NCBI GenBank assembly: GCA_041742375.1
Contig: JBGSIU010000044.1
Coordinates: 2,161 to 66,160, forward strand
Direction: 5' to 3'
Source: Patescibacteria group bacterium
Lineage (GTDB): Bacteria > Patescibacteriota > Microgenomatia > JBGSIU01
Length of the DNA stretch: 64,000 nt
Shown here piece by piece: positions 56,792 to 64,000 of the stretch (its first letter is position 1; each line of letters opens with the position of its first letter). The translations under genes and the position numbers were made by a program. A model generated the notes under the pieces. It ran no database searches. It was not told where the DNA came from and saw nothing but the letters and a program-made list of their open reading frames with translations.

Positions 56792-57811
56792 ATGAAAAGT
56801 AATCTCATAAAAATTGCTGTGACAAGTGTTGGTGGGGGAGTCGGACAAAGTATTGTGAAAGCGTTAAGTGATTCTGATTATCATCTAATTGGTTTAGATG
56901 CAAATATTTTAAGCGCAGGTTTATATGCTGTTCCAGTGGCTTATATTATTCCTCGGGCAAATGAGCTCCATTATATCAGTTCACTATTAAAAATCTGTGA
57001 AAAGGAAAAATGCCGTATAATTTTTCCCGGCTCCGACACTGAATTATCAATTCTTTCGAAAAATACAAAAAGATTTGAAAAAATTGGAACAACCGTGGTC
57101 ATCAGTCGTCCAGCAGTGATTGATGCCTGTGATGACAAACTGCAGACGTATTTATTATTAAAGGATAGAATTTCCATATCTAAAACGAGAGAAGCTGAAG
57201 ATTTTTTTAATAAAAAGGCTAAATTTGACTATCCGGTCATTATTAAACAAAAAATTGGCGGTTCAAGATCAAAAAATGTTTTCTTAGTAAAAAATGAAAA
57301 CGGTCTGACAAATCTTTTTTCAAAAGATGGTTTTTATGTCAAAGACTATATTGTGCAAGAATATATTGAATGGGACGAATACACCTGTGGGAGCATAAAT
57401 CTGAACGGAAAATGTTATGGTGTCATCGTGATGAGACGGATATTAAGAGATGGTGACACGTATAAATGTTTCGTTGAAAAAAATCAAAAAATCGAAGATC
57501 TCGTATTTAAAATAATGAAGATTCTTAAACCATTTGGAGCTTGTAACGTTCAACTGCGCCTGAAGAAAAATATCCCCTATATTTTTGAAATTAATGCCCG
57601 CTGTTCTGGCACGACCGCAGCAAGAGCTATTTGTGGTTTTAATGAACCGAAAATGGTTGCTGACTATATTTGTTATGGTAAAAAGCCCTCGTTCTCTATA
57701 AAAGAACTGTCAATCTTAAGATACTGGAAAGAATTAGTTATTGAACCAAAACAGATAGAGGAAATTATAAAGACAAATAAGCTTAATAATGAGTTTTTCA
57801 CACGATTATAA
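56792..57811 (+). CDS. ATP-grasp domain protein (carboxylate-amine ligase-like)
   Basis: 339 aa. A PreATP-grasp N-terminus, then 'YPVIIKQKIGGSRSKNVFLV', 'NVQLRL' and 'IFEINARCSGTT'. Confidence 0.7.
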   Translation: MKSNLIKIAVTSVGGGVGQSIVKALSDSDYHLIGLDANILSAGLYAVPVAYIIPRANELHYISSLLKICEKEKCRIIFPGSDTELSILSKNTKRFEKIGTTVVISRPAVIDACDDKLQTYLLLKDRISISKTREAEDFFNKKAKFDYPVIIKQKIGGSRSKNVFLVKNENGLTNLFSKDGFYVKDYIVQEYIEWDEYTCGSINLNGKCYGVIVMRRILRDGDTYKCFVEKNQKIEDLVFKIMKILKPFGACNVQLRLKKNIPYIFEINARCSGTTAARAICGFNEPKMVADYICYGKKPSFSIKELSILRYWKELVIEPKQIEEIIKTNKLNNEFFTRL

Positions 57812-57821
57812 AACTACAAAT

Positions 57822-58655
57822 ATGAAAGTATTAATTGTCGGAGCAAACGGTTTCCTCGGCAGGCATCTTGTTGAAAAATGTTTAGCATATCGATGGAAAG
57901 TATCAGTCGTGTATTCTAAAAACAGAAACAATTTGCCGGCAAACTGCGAACAAATACATATTGATAACATTGATAATCTTGATGATAATTACGAAATGAT
58001 TTTTTTATCAACGGGAAATTTTTCCCTGAGTTACCACGATTTGATTAAAGCTAATGTGGAAACGATTTTAATTCTACTGAAAAAGTTTAGGAAGTCAAAA
58101 ATAATTTTTATTTCTAGTGTATCGGTATATGGCGATCAAAAAAAAATAATAAATGAGGAGACATGCTTTAATAATCCCACTATTTACGGTTTATCTAAGA
58201 TTGCAGGTGAATTCGTCACTGCGAGTTTTCGGCGATATGCGATTATCAGATTAAGTTATTTATATGGTAAAGACATGATGCCCAAATCTTTTCTGCCAAT
58301 TATATTAAGAGATGCAAAAAGAAATAGAAAAATTATATTAACTAATCAAGGAAAAAGATTGCAGGATTATCTTCATGTTGATGATGCGGCGACAATTTGC
58401 CTAAAAGCAGCTCTCCATAATAAAAACGGGATTTTTTTAGGAGCAACGGGAAAATCATACTCAAATCTTAAAGTCGCGCAAGTGATTAGTAATGACATTG
58501 AGAGATGTGAAATAGTTTTTTCTCAACTGAATAAATATTCCCCTTCGTATGTTATTAACAATAAAAAAACAAAAGATGCTTTAAACTGGTCACCTGAACA
58601 TTTATTGATTAATGACCTGCATGAATTAATTAAAAATGAAAATTGCAATTTTTAG
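57822..58655 (+). CDS. NAD-dependent epimerase/dehydratase family protein
   Basis: 'MKVLIVGANGFLGRHLVEKC' and 'YGLSKIAGE'. The ATG at 57822 avoids overlap with the upstream gene; the ORF-track start is 57789. Confidence 0.7.
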   Translation: MKVLIVGANGFLGRHLVEKCLAYRWKVSVVYSKNRNNLPANCEQIHIDNIDNLDDNYEMIFLSTGNFSLSYHDLIKANVETILILLKKFRKSKIIFISSVSVYGDQKKIINEETCFNNPTIYGLSKIAGEFVTASFRRYAIIRLSYLYGKDMMPKSFLPIILRDAKRNRKIILTNQGKRLQDYLHVDDAATICLKAALHNKNGIFLGATGKSYSNLKVAQVISNDIERCEIVFSQLNKYSPSYVINNKKTKDALNWSPEHLLINDLHELIKNENCNF

Positions 58656-59271
58656 TGACATACATGGTAATTTGCCTGCGTTTGAAATCCTCTTAAAAAC
58701 TCTTGGGAAAGTAGATCAGTATATTTTTCTTGGTGACGTTGTTAACTATGGTCCGTGGAACAATGAATGTCTTGAGCTTCTCGCAAGTTTAAACAACTGT
58801 ATTAAAATATTTGGTAATCACGATAAATATTTCATTAACAAAAAGTGCATGGGAAATACGCCTCTAGTTCAGCTATTTTTTTCATTTTGCATAAAAGAAT
58901 TTTCAGCCTTTTCCTATTTTTCTGATTTCGTGGAAAGTTACGAATTTAATCATTATTACTTTCAGCATACCATTAACCAAGAACGCGTTTACCCGGACGA
59001 TCATCTATCTCTGGAGAAGAACACAGTAATTGGTCATTCTCACTATATGTTTCATATGCAGTCAAATGGTTTCCAATTTTATAATGCAGGTAGCGTTGGG
59101 CAGAATAGAAAGTATATCAATGTAATTAACTATCTTTTATACTATCCGGATAAAGGAAAAATAGAAATGAAAAACATTGTATATAATGTTGATCGTGTTA
59201 TTAATGAGATGAAAAAGAAGGGGTATCCCAAGTTATGTATCGATTATTATTTAAATAAAAACAGATATTAA
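58636..59271 (+). CDS. Calcineurin-like metallophosphoesterase (YfcE-like)
   Basis: 'MKIAIFSDIHGNLPAF...GDVVNYGPWNNEC...GNHD'. Confidence 0.7.
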   Translation: MKIAIFSDIHGNLPAFEILLKTLGKVDQYIFLGDVVNYGPWNNECLELLASLNNCIKIFGNHDKYFINKKCMGNTPLVQLFFSFCIKEFSAFSYFSDFVESYEFNHYYFQHTINQERVYPDDHLSLEKNTVIGHSHYMFHMQSNGFQFYNAGSVGQNRKYINVINYLLYYPDKGKIEMKNIVYNVDRVINEMKKKGYPKLCIDYYLNKNRY

Positions 59272-59272
59272 C

Positions 59273-60376
59273 ATGAAGCAGTATCAAGTTGCAAAACCAT
59301 TTATCACGGACAAAGACAAAAAAAATGTTTTAAGCGTATTAAATTCAGCCAAATTGTCTCTAGGACCGAAATATCTGGAATTTGAATCAAATATAAAAAA
59401 ATACATTGGTTGTAAATATGCTTGCGCGGTGGCGAATGGCACCTGCGGTTTACATCTTGCGGTTAAAGCGCTTTCTTTAAAAAAAGGGGACGAGGTTGTT
59501 ACCTCGCCGTTTTCTTTCATTTCTTCCTCAAATTGCCTTTTATATGAACGTGTAAAACCAATATTTGTTGATATTGAGGAAGAAACATATAATATTGATC
59601 CGGATAAAATTGAGAAAGCCATAACTAGGAAAACGAAGGCAATTTTAGTTGTTCACATTTTTGGCCAAACGGCAGCGATGGATAAAATAACGCAACTGGC
59701 GAAAAAACATAATTTAAAAATTATTGAAGATGCTTGTGAAAGCATAGGGGCGGCCTACAAAAGAAAAATGGCTGGAACATTTGGACAGGTTGGTGTCTAT
59801 GCTTTTTATCCAAATAAACAGATGACGACAGGCGAGGGAGGGATGATCGTGACAAATTCAAAAAAGATAGATGCTCTTTGCAAAAGTTTGAGGAATCAGG
59901 GCAGAAACGTAAAGGGAGATTGGCTAATTCACGAGCGACTTGGATTTAATTACCGAATGGACGAAATGAGTTCGGCCCTTGGCATTACACAGCTTGAAAA
60001 ATTAAATTGGATGATTGAGGAAAAACGGAAAATAGCTGGATTGTATAATCGGCAATTAGCAAATATTCACCAAGTTATTACTCCCAAAGTTGCTGCGGAC
60101 AGGACTCATTCTTGGTTTGTCTACGTAATACGAGTTAAATATGGAGAAAGAAATAATTTGATGAAAAAATTAATGTCGCATGGTATCCAAACAAAACCTT
60201 ATTTACCCGTGATCCATCTCCAGCCATTCATGAGAAAAATGTTCCATTATAAATTGGGAGATTTTCCCGTTGCTGAGAAAATTTCTTCACAAACGCTTGC
60301 CCTGCCTTTTTATATTGGTTTAAAGGTAAAAGATATTAACAATATCTCTTCTTTAATTACAAAAATTTTGCATTAG
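59273..60376 (+). CDS. DegT/DnrJ/EryC1-family PLP aminotransferase (fourth in the window)
   Basis: 367 aa in the DegT family ('ACAVANGTCGLHLAVKAL'). Confidence 0.85.
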   Translation: MKQYQVAKPFITDKDKKNVLSVLNSAKLSLGPKYLEFESNIKKYIGCKYACAVANGTCGLHLAVKALSLKKGDEVVTSPFSFISSSNCLLYERVKPIFVDIEEETYNIDPDKIEKAITRKTKAILVVHIFGQTAAMDKITQLAKKHNLKIIEDACESIGAAYKRKMAGTFGQVGVYAFYPNKQMTTGEGGMIVTNSKKIDALCKSLRNQGRNVKGDWLIHERLGFNYRMDEMSSALGITQLEKLNWMIEEKRKIAGLYNRQLANIHQVITPKVAADRTHSWFVYVIRVKYGERNNLMKKLMSHGIQTKPYLPVIHLQPFMRKMFHYKLGDFPVAEKISSQTLALPFYIGLKVKDINNISSLITKILH

Positions 60377-60381
60377 AAAAT

Positions 60382-61824
60382 ATGAATATTTTAGTTTATG
60401 GATATTACGATGAGAAAGATACGATTTCGCTGAATGAAACCCTGAAAACTATTATGAAAAAATTCCGCGTCAGGAAATATTACATAAATGCCGATTATGA
60501 TGAAAAGCTCGAACTTACACCCTTCAAAGAATTAAATAATCATGATAATCCCAGCGTTGATTGGTCGGTATTAAAACCACTTGATGGAGAATTGCTGAAA
60601 AAAATGGCAGATTGTGAAGTAACCGTGTTAAAGATGATGGATAGGCTGGAATGCGAGCAAATAAAACATGTTACCTATGCTGAAAGAAAGAGATTGTATC
60701 TGAGATACTTGAGATATTGCAACGATTTTCTCAAAAATAATAAAATCAACATGCTTCTTCATGGCAACGTTCCGCATTCGGTTTATGATTTCATTATATA
60801 TTCTCTCTGTCGAGTGAAAGGAATTCCGGTTATTTTTGTCTATCAGGTGATGGAAGATATGATGTTTTTTGAAAGTAAGTGGGAAAATCTTGGAGATGAT
60901 ATTCGGAAAGAATACGCGAGAATGGAAAAAGGGACGAACGTCACCCTTGCATATCCGTATTCTACTTTGTTCAACAAACAGACGTCGAAGAAGAACCCGG
61001 TACAATTCTATATGATAAAAGAGAATGCTATTAAAAAGTATTTTCGTGATTTGCTCATCGGCGTAAGGACCAACCCAAAAATTTTTATTAGAAAGATGAG
61101 CTCTTTGACATATTGGAAGACACAGGGAAAAGAAAGAATAAATAAATTTATTCATCTGCTTAAATCAAAAATTTTGTTTACATATTATAACGCACGAGCT
61201 GAAGTTCCTGATTTGCAGAGAAAATACATATATATCCCCTTGCATTATCAACCCGAGAGATCGACGTCGCCACTCGCAGGATCATTCGTCAACCAACTGT
61301 TAATAATTGAGATGCTTTCTGTACTTATTCCCGAAAACACATTATTATTTGTTAAAGAACATCCAAGACAGCATGACATTGGCCGCGATCGCCACTTTTA
61401 TCAAGATCTAAAGAAATACAGAAATGTAAAGTTAATGCCAAGAGATTTTGATTCGTTTACTCTCATCAATCATTGTCTTGCCGTAGCAACAGCTACGGGA
61501 ATGGCTGGTATTGAAGGATTGTTCAGAGAAAAACCTGTTATCTGGTTTGGACATGATTTTTTCCAATTCGCCCCCGGATCTTTTAGAGTTTCAAAATTGA
61601 AAGATTGTGAATATGCCTTAAACCAAATCATCAACAAACAGGTAAAACCAAAACTTTGCGATATTAAATTATATTTAAAAGCGATGGAAAAAATTGGAAT
61701 TGTTGGTTATGTAAGCCCTGATTACCGTAAAGTTTCGCTTTTGTCAACTTATGAGAACAATAGGAATATTACGGAAGGTTTAATTAGAAAAATGAAACAA
61801 CTTGGTTTTAAAACATATGAATAA
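60382..61824 (+). CDS. GT-B-like transferase (capsule-polysaccharide KpsC/KpsS/LpsZ-like or TagB/F-like); candidate CMP-sugar or CDP-alditol transferase
   Basis: 480 aa. 'YIYIPLHYQPERSTSP' and C-terminal 'NHCLAVATATGMAGIEGLFREKPVIWFGHDFF'. The family assignment is tentative. Confidence 0.35.
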   Translation: MNILVYGYYDEKDTISLNETLKTIMKKFRVRKYYINADYDEKLELTPFKELNNHDNPSVDWSVLKPLDGELLKKMADCEVTVLKMMDRLECEQIKHVTYAERKRLYLRYLRYCNDFLKNNKINMLLHGNVPHSVYDFIIYSLCRVKGIPVIFVYQVMEDMMFFESKWENLGDDIRKEYARMEKGTNVTLAYPYSTLFNKQTSKKNPVQFYMIKENAIKKYFRDLLIGVRTNPKIFIRKMSSLTYWKTQGKERINKFIHLLKSKILFTYYNARAEVPDLQRKYIYIPLHYQPERSTSPLAGSFVNQLLIIEMLSVLIPENTLLFVKEHPRQHDIGRDRHFYQDLKKYRNVKLMPRDFDSFTLINHCLAVATATGMAGIEGLFREKPVIWFGHDFFQFAPGSFRVSKLKDCEYALNQIINKQVKPKLCDIKLYLKAMEKIGIVGYVSPDYRKVSLLSTYENNRNITEGLIRKMKQLGFKTYE

Positions 61825-63121
61825 AAAAATTTCTATTATTTCTTTAGCGTGCGCGCCCTTTGCAGTTGAAGCGTATGACGAAACAGTAAAATGCTTGGAA
61901 AAAAAAGGGTGCGAAATTACACATATCGGTTTTTCCGTGAAAAACTGGATTCCTTCAGATTATCATGATGTTTCGATGACCTACCGGAAATTTAATTATC
62001 CCGTTTTTGTTATCCCGCGAGTTAATCCAGAAAGCATGCAAATTGCGTGCGTTCCCGATTATAGATTTGAGTTTCAGCGCTCGTTTGCTGAAATTCATAA
62101 ATGGTTAGTGGCTATGATACGACAGTATCACCCCGATATATTTTTAATCGATAACGAACGTCCGGTAACAATTCTTATTGCTAAAATGTTGAAGGAAGAT
62201 GCCAGGATTCCGGTTATTGCCTTTGGCTACCATAGCTTCATTTATAGTTATAACAGAATATACCGGAATATATATTGGAAAAAAATAATTGATTTGTTCC
62301 GTTTGTTCAAATATGGCATTCCCAAGAGGATAAAAAGATTATTAGGGAAAAACGATTGGGAAATTTTCGTATCATGCCCCAAGGTGGATTTATTTGGAGA
62401 AAATGAGAGCGATATTATCTGTTCAGCCTCAGGAATTGATACAAAAACGATGATCAAATATGGAGTTTCGGCATCAAAAATTATCGAGGTTGGATCTCCG
62501 TATTTTGATAAAGCGGTTAATTATAAAAACAAATTTAGAACTTTAGTAGACAAAAGAAGCAAGAAGAAAATATTGATTATCTCAAGCGCGTTTGCTTATG
62601 GAAATAAATCGAAAATCATTAACAACTATTATGAATTGGTATGCCGGATGGTTAACAAGTTAAGCGATAAATATGATTTTTATCTGCGTTTCAAACCGTC
62701 AGTTATGCTTCCTGATTTTTTACCGAAAAGGATAAAAAAAATCATTAACAAGATAAAAACTGACGATAATTCAAAAACAGCCTATGAAGCAATCTATCAT
62801 TACGATTTGATAATGGGTGATGTTTCTTTTGTTTTGTATGAAGCGTTGATTGGTAAAAGACCGATCGCGATGTTTAATTATCGCCAACCACAAAATGTTT
62901 CCGAGATAAATTTCCTGAAAAAAGAAGTAGGTATTAAAGAAATAAAAATAGAAAATACTGATTCAGAGATCGATTCAATTATATCGGTGGCTTTTTCAAA
63001 AAAATATCTTGAGCTGATATTAAAAAATTTTAAAAATCAAGAGTATAACTTATTTTATAAACTTGACGGCAAATGCGGCGAAAGAGCGGCTGCGATAATA
63101 ACTAAAACTCTTTCAAATTGA
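61802..63121 (+). CDS. TagB/TagF-like (CDP-glycerol glycerophosphotransferase-type) GT-B transferase, tentative
   Basis: C-terminal 'YDLIMGDVSFVLYEALIGKRPIAMFNY' resembles the TagF 'DxLITDYSSxxFDxxxLxKPIIF' signature. Confidence 0.35.
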   Translation: MVLKHMNKKISIISLACAPFAVEAYDETVKCLEKKGCEITHIGFSVKNWIPSDYHDVSMTYRKFNYPVFVIPRVNPESMQIACVPDYRFEFQRSFAEIHKWLVAMIRQYHPDIFLIDNERPVTILIAKMLKEDARIPVIAFGYHSFIYSYNRIYRNIYWKKIIDLFRLFKYGIPKRIKRLLGKNDWEIFVSCPKVDLFGENESDIICSASGIDTKTMIKYGVSASKIIEVGSPYFDKAVNYKNKFRTLVDKRSKKKILIISSAFAYGNKSKIINNYYELVCRMVNKLSDKYDFYLRFKPSVMLPDFLPKRIKKIINKIKTDDNSKTAYEAIYHYDLIMGDVSFVLYEALIGKRPIAMFNYRQPQNVSEINFLKKEVGIKEIKIENTDSEIDSIISVAFSKKYLELILKNFKNQEYNLFYKLDGKCGERAAAIITKTLSN

Positions 63122-64000
63122 TTTTCGTGCCGTGATTTCCATGCCGTCAGATAATTTAAAAAAATTAAGAAAGCGGAGCAATAAACTTAACGGGTAAGTT
63201 AAAGAGCCAAACTTTTTTTCTACATTGTCAAAACCAAAAAGATAGAATAGACTCCATAGAAACGAATAGGTTGATTGATTATATTCGATTTTTATGTTGG
63301 TAAAACCGTTTGTTTGTAAAAGGCGAGTAATTGTCTTACGTGTAAATTGGAATAAATGGCGCGGCGGCTCCAGTGGGAACCAATATGATTTAAATATTTT
63401 AAAAAATAAGCTGTCGATATTCGGAACTTTGATGACGACCAAACCACCAGATTTTAATATTTTTGCCGTTTTTTTCAAAACTTGTGTCGGAGACGAGGTA
63501 TGTTCTAAAACTTGAGAAAAATTAACAACGTCAAAAAAATTCTTATTATAAAGAGTTTTTTCAAAATCGCCGCATTTAATGTTTTTTATACCATTTTCTT
63601 TGGCGGATAAAACTGCTTTTTTATTTATTTCTATCCCGAATGTATCCCACCCCCAGCCGTTAAGAATTTGTAAATATTTCCCAGATCCGCACCCAACGTC
63701 CAGGATTTTCCCCCTTTTATCGGCAAAAAACAACTGATCCTTGATCAATATCCTCGCAAGTAATTTATTATTTTTTATCAGTTTTCTGACGAATCTTTGA
63801 ATGATGGTGGGTTTGGTTTGCGAGGAGTATGCGGTATATCCAGAAGGATAGTAATTCGCCAAATATTCCTTTTTAGGTCTTGGAGATAATCTTACCAACC
63901 CGCATTTGTCGCAGGAAACGTAAATGTATTCGCCGGTGCGGAAATTTAAATCCCTTGATTTGATAAAAAGTTTATATTTATAACTTCCGCACGAGTCGCA
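63113..64000 (-). CDS. Class I SAM methyltransferase with an N-terminal zinc-ribbon (partial; its 5' end lies beyond the window edge)
   Basis: Minus-strand frame open to the window end, encoding 'CDSCGSYKYK...YIYVSCDKCG' (CxxC...CxxC) before 'ILDVGCGSGKYLQILNGWGWDTFGIEINKK'. Confidence 0.65.
   Translation of the reverse strand, partial: CDSCGSYKYKLFIKSRDLNFRTGEYIYVSCDKCGLVRLSPRPKKEYLANYYPSGYTAYSSQTKPTIIQRFVRKLIKNNKLLARILIKDQLFFADKRGKILDVGCGSGKYLQILNGWGWDTFGIEINKKAVLSAKENGIKNIKCGDFEKTLYNKNFFDVVNFSQVLEHTSSPTQVLKKTAKILKSGGLVVIKVPNIDSLFFKIFKSYWFPLEPPRHLFQFTRKTITRLLQTNGFTNIKIEYNQSTYSFLWSLFYLFGFDNVEKKFGSLTYPLSLLLRFLNFFKLSDGMEITARKSI

Noticed and set aside
60628-61155. 175-aa minus-strand ORF inside the GT-B gene 60382..61824
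   Set aside because: Antisense overlap with a longer ORF that carries GT-B-like motifs, and no domain signal of its own.
1-64000. Alternative genetic code (UGA recoding, as in some candidate-phylum bacteria)
   Set aside because: Genes terminate cleanly at TGA as well as TAA/TAG (for example the TGA at 42773-42775 inside an ATGA overlap). Long conserved ORFs are not broken by TGA, so the standard bacterial code fits.
1-64000. CRISPR arrays, tRNA/rRNA genes, transposases, integrases or phage genes
   Set aside because: No spaced direct-repeat arrays, no cloverleaf-like GC-rich segments in the tiny intergenic gaps, and no ORF with transposase/integrase motifs were seen. The window is wall-to-wall biosynthetic genes.

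Overview
The window is an AT-rich, very compact 64 kb stretch that is almost entirely one co-directional (+ strand) glycan-biosynthesis supercluster. Many genes overlap by 4 bp (ATGA junctions) and several use TTG starts. No rRNA, tRNA, CRISPR array, transposase or integrase was recognised.

The first ~31 kb alternates four kinds of gene. There are about 11 polytopic GT-C-type membrane glycosyltransferases (PMT/ArnT-like, PIG-V-like, DUF2079-like), several of them tandem or inverted paralogs. There are 7 small GT2 enzymes with Dpm1/GtrB/ArnC-like N-termini. There are 6 GT4 (GT-B) glycosyltransferases and 3 class-I SAM methyltransferases. A Wzm/Wzt ABC-2 exporter pair follows at ~31.2-32.8 kb.

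The last ~31 kb is a dense nucleotide-sugar factory. It holds a pseudaminic-acid-type set (PseB, PseC, GNAT PseH-like, NeuB-family synthase, CMP-nonulosonate synthetase). It also holds a WbpB/WbpD/WbpE-like trio, a WbuX/HisH/HisF-like acetamidino module sitting directly next to a B12-binding radical SAM enzyme, and an LmbE-type deacetylase plus formyltransferase. A second NeuB paralog is followed by a NeuC-like hydrolysing 2-epimerase and an ATP-grasp enzyme. There are four DegT aminotransferases in total, one of them fused to a methyltransferase, and terminal TagF/Kps-like GT-B transferases.

The organism appears bacterial (possibly Patescibacteria/CPR-like), judged from composition and gene content only. 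Points of interest are listed in the findings: repeated GT2+GT-C modules, heptanucleotide tandem repeats inside and upstream of GT genes, three genes whose conserved N-termini lack a canonical start codon, dual nonulosonate pathways with amidino/formyl/methyl tailoring, and no recognisable priming phosphoglycosyltransferase or Wzx/Wzy/WaaL.
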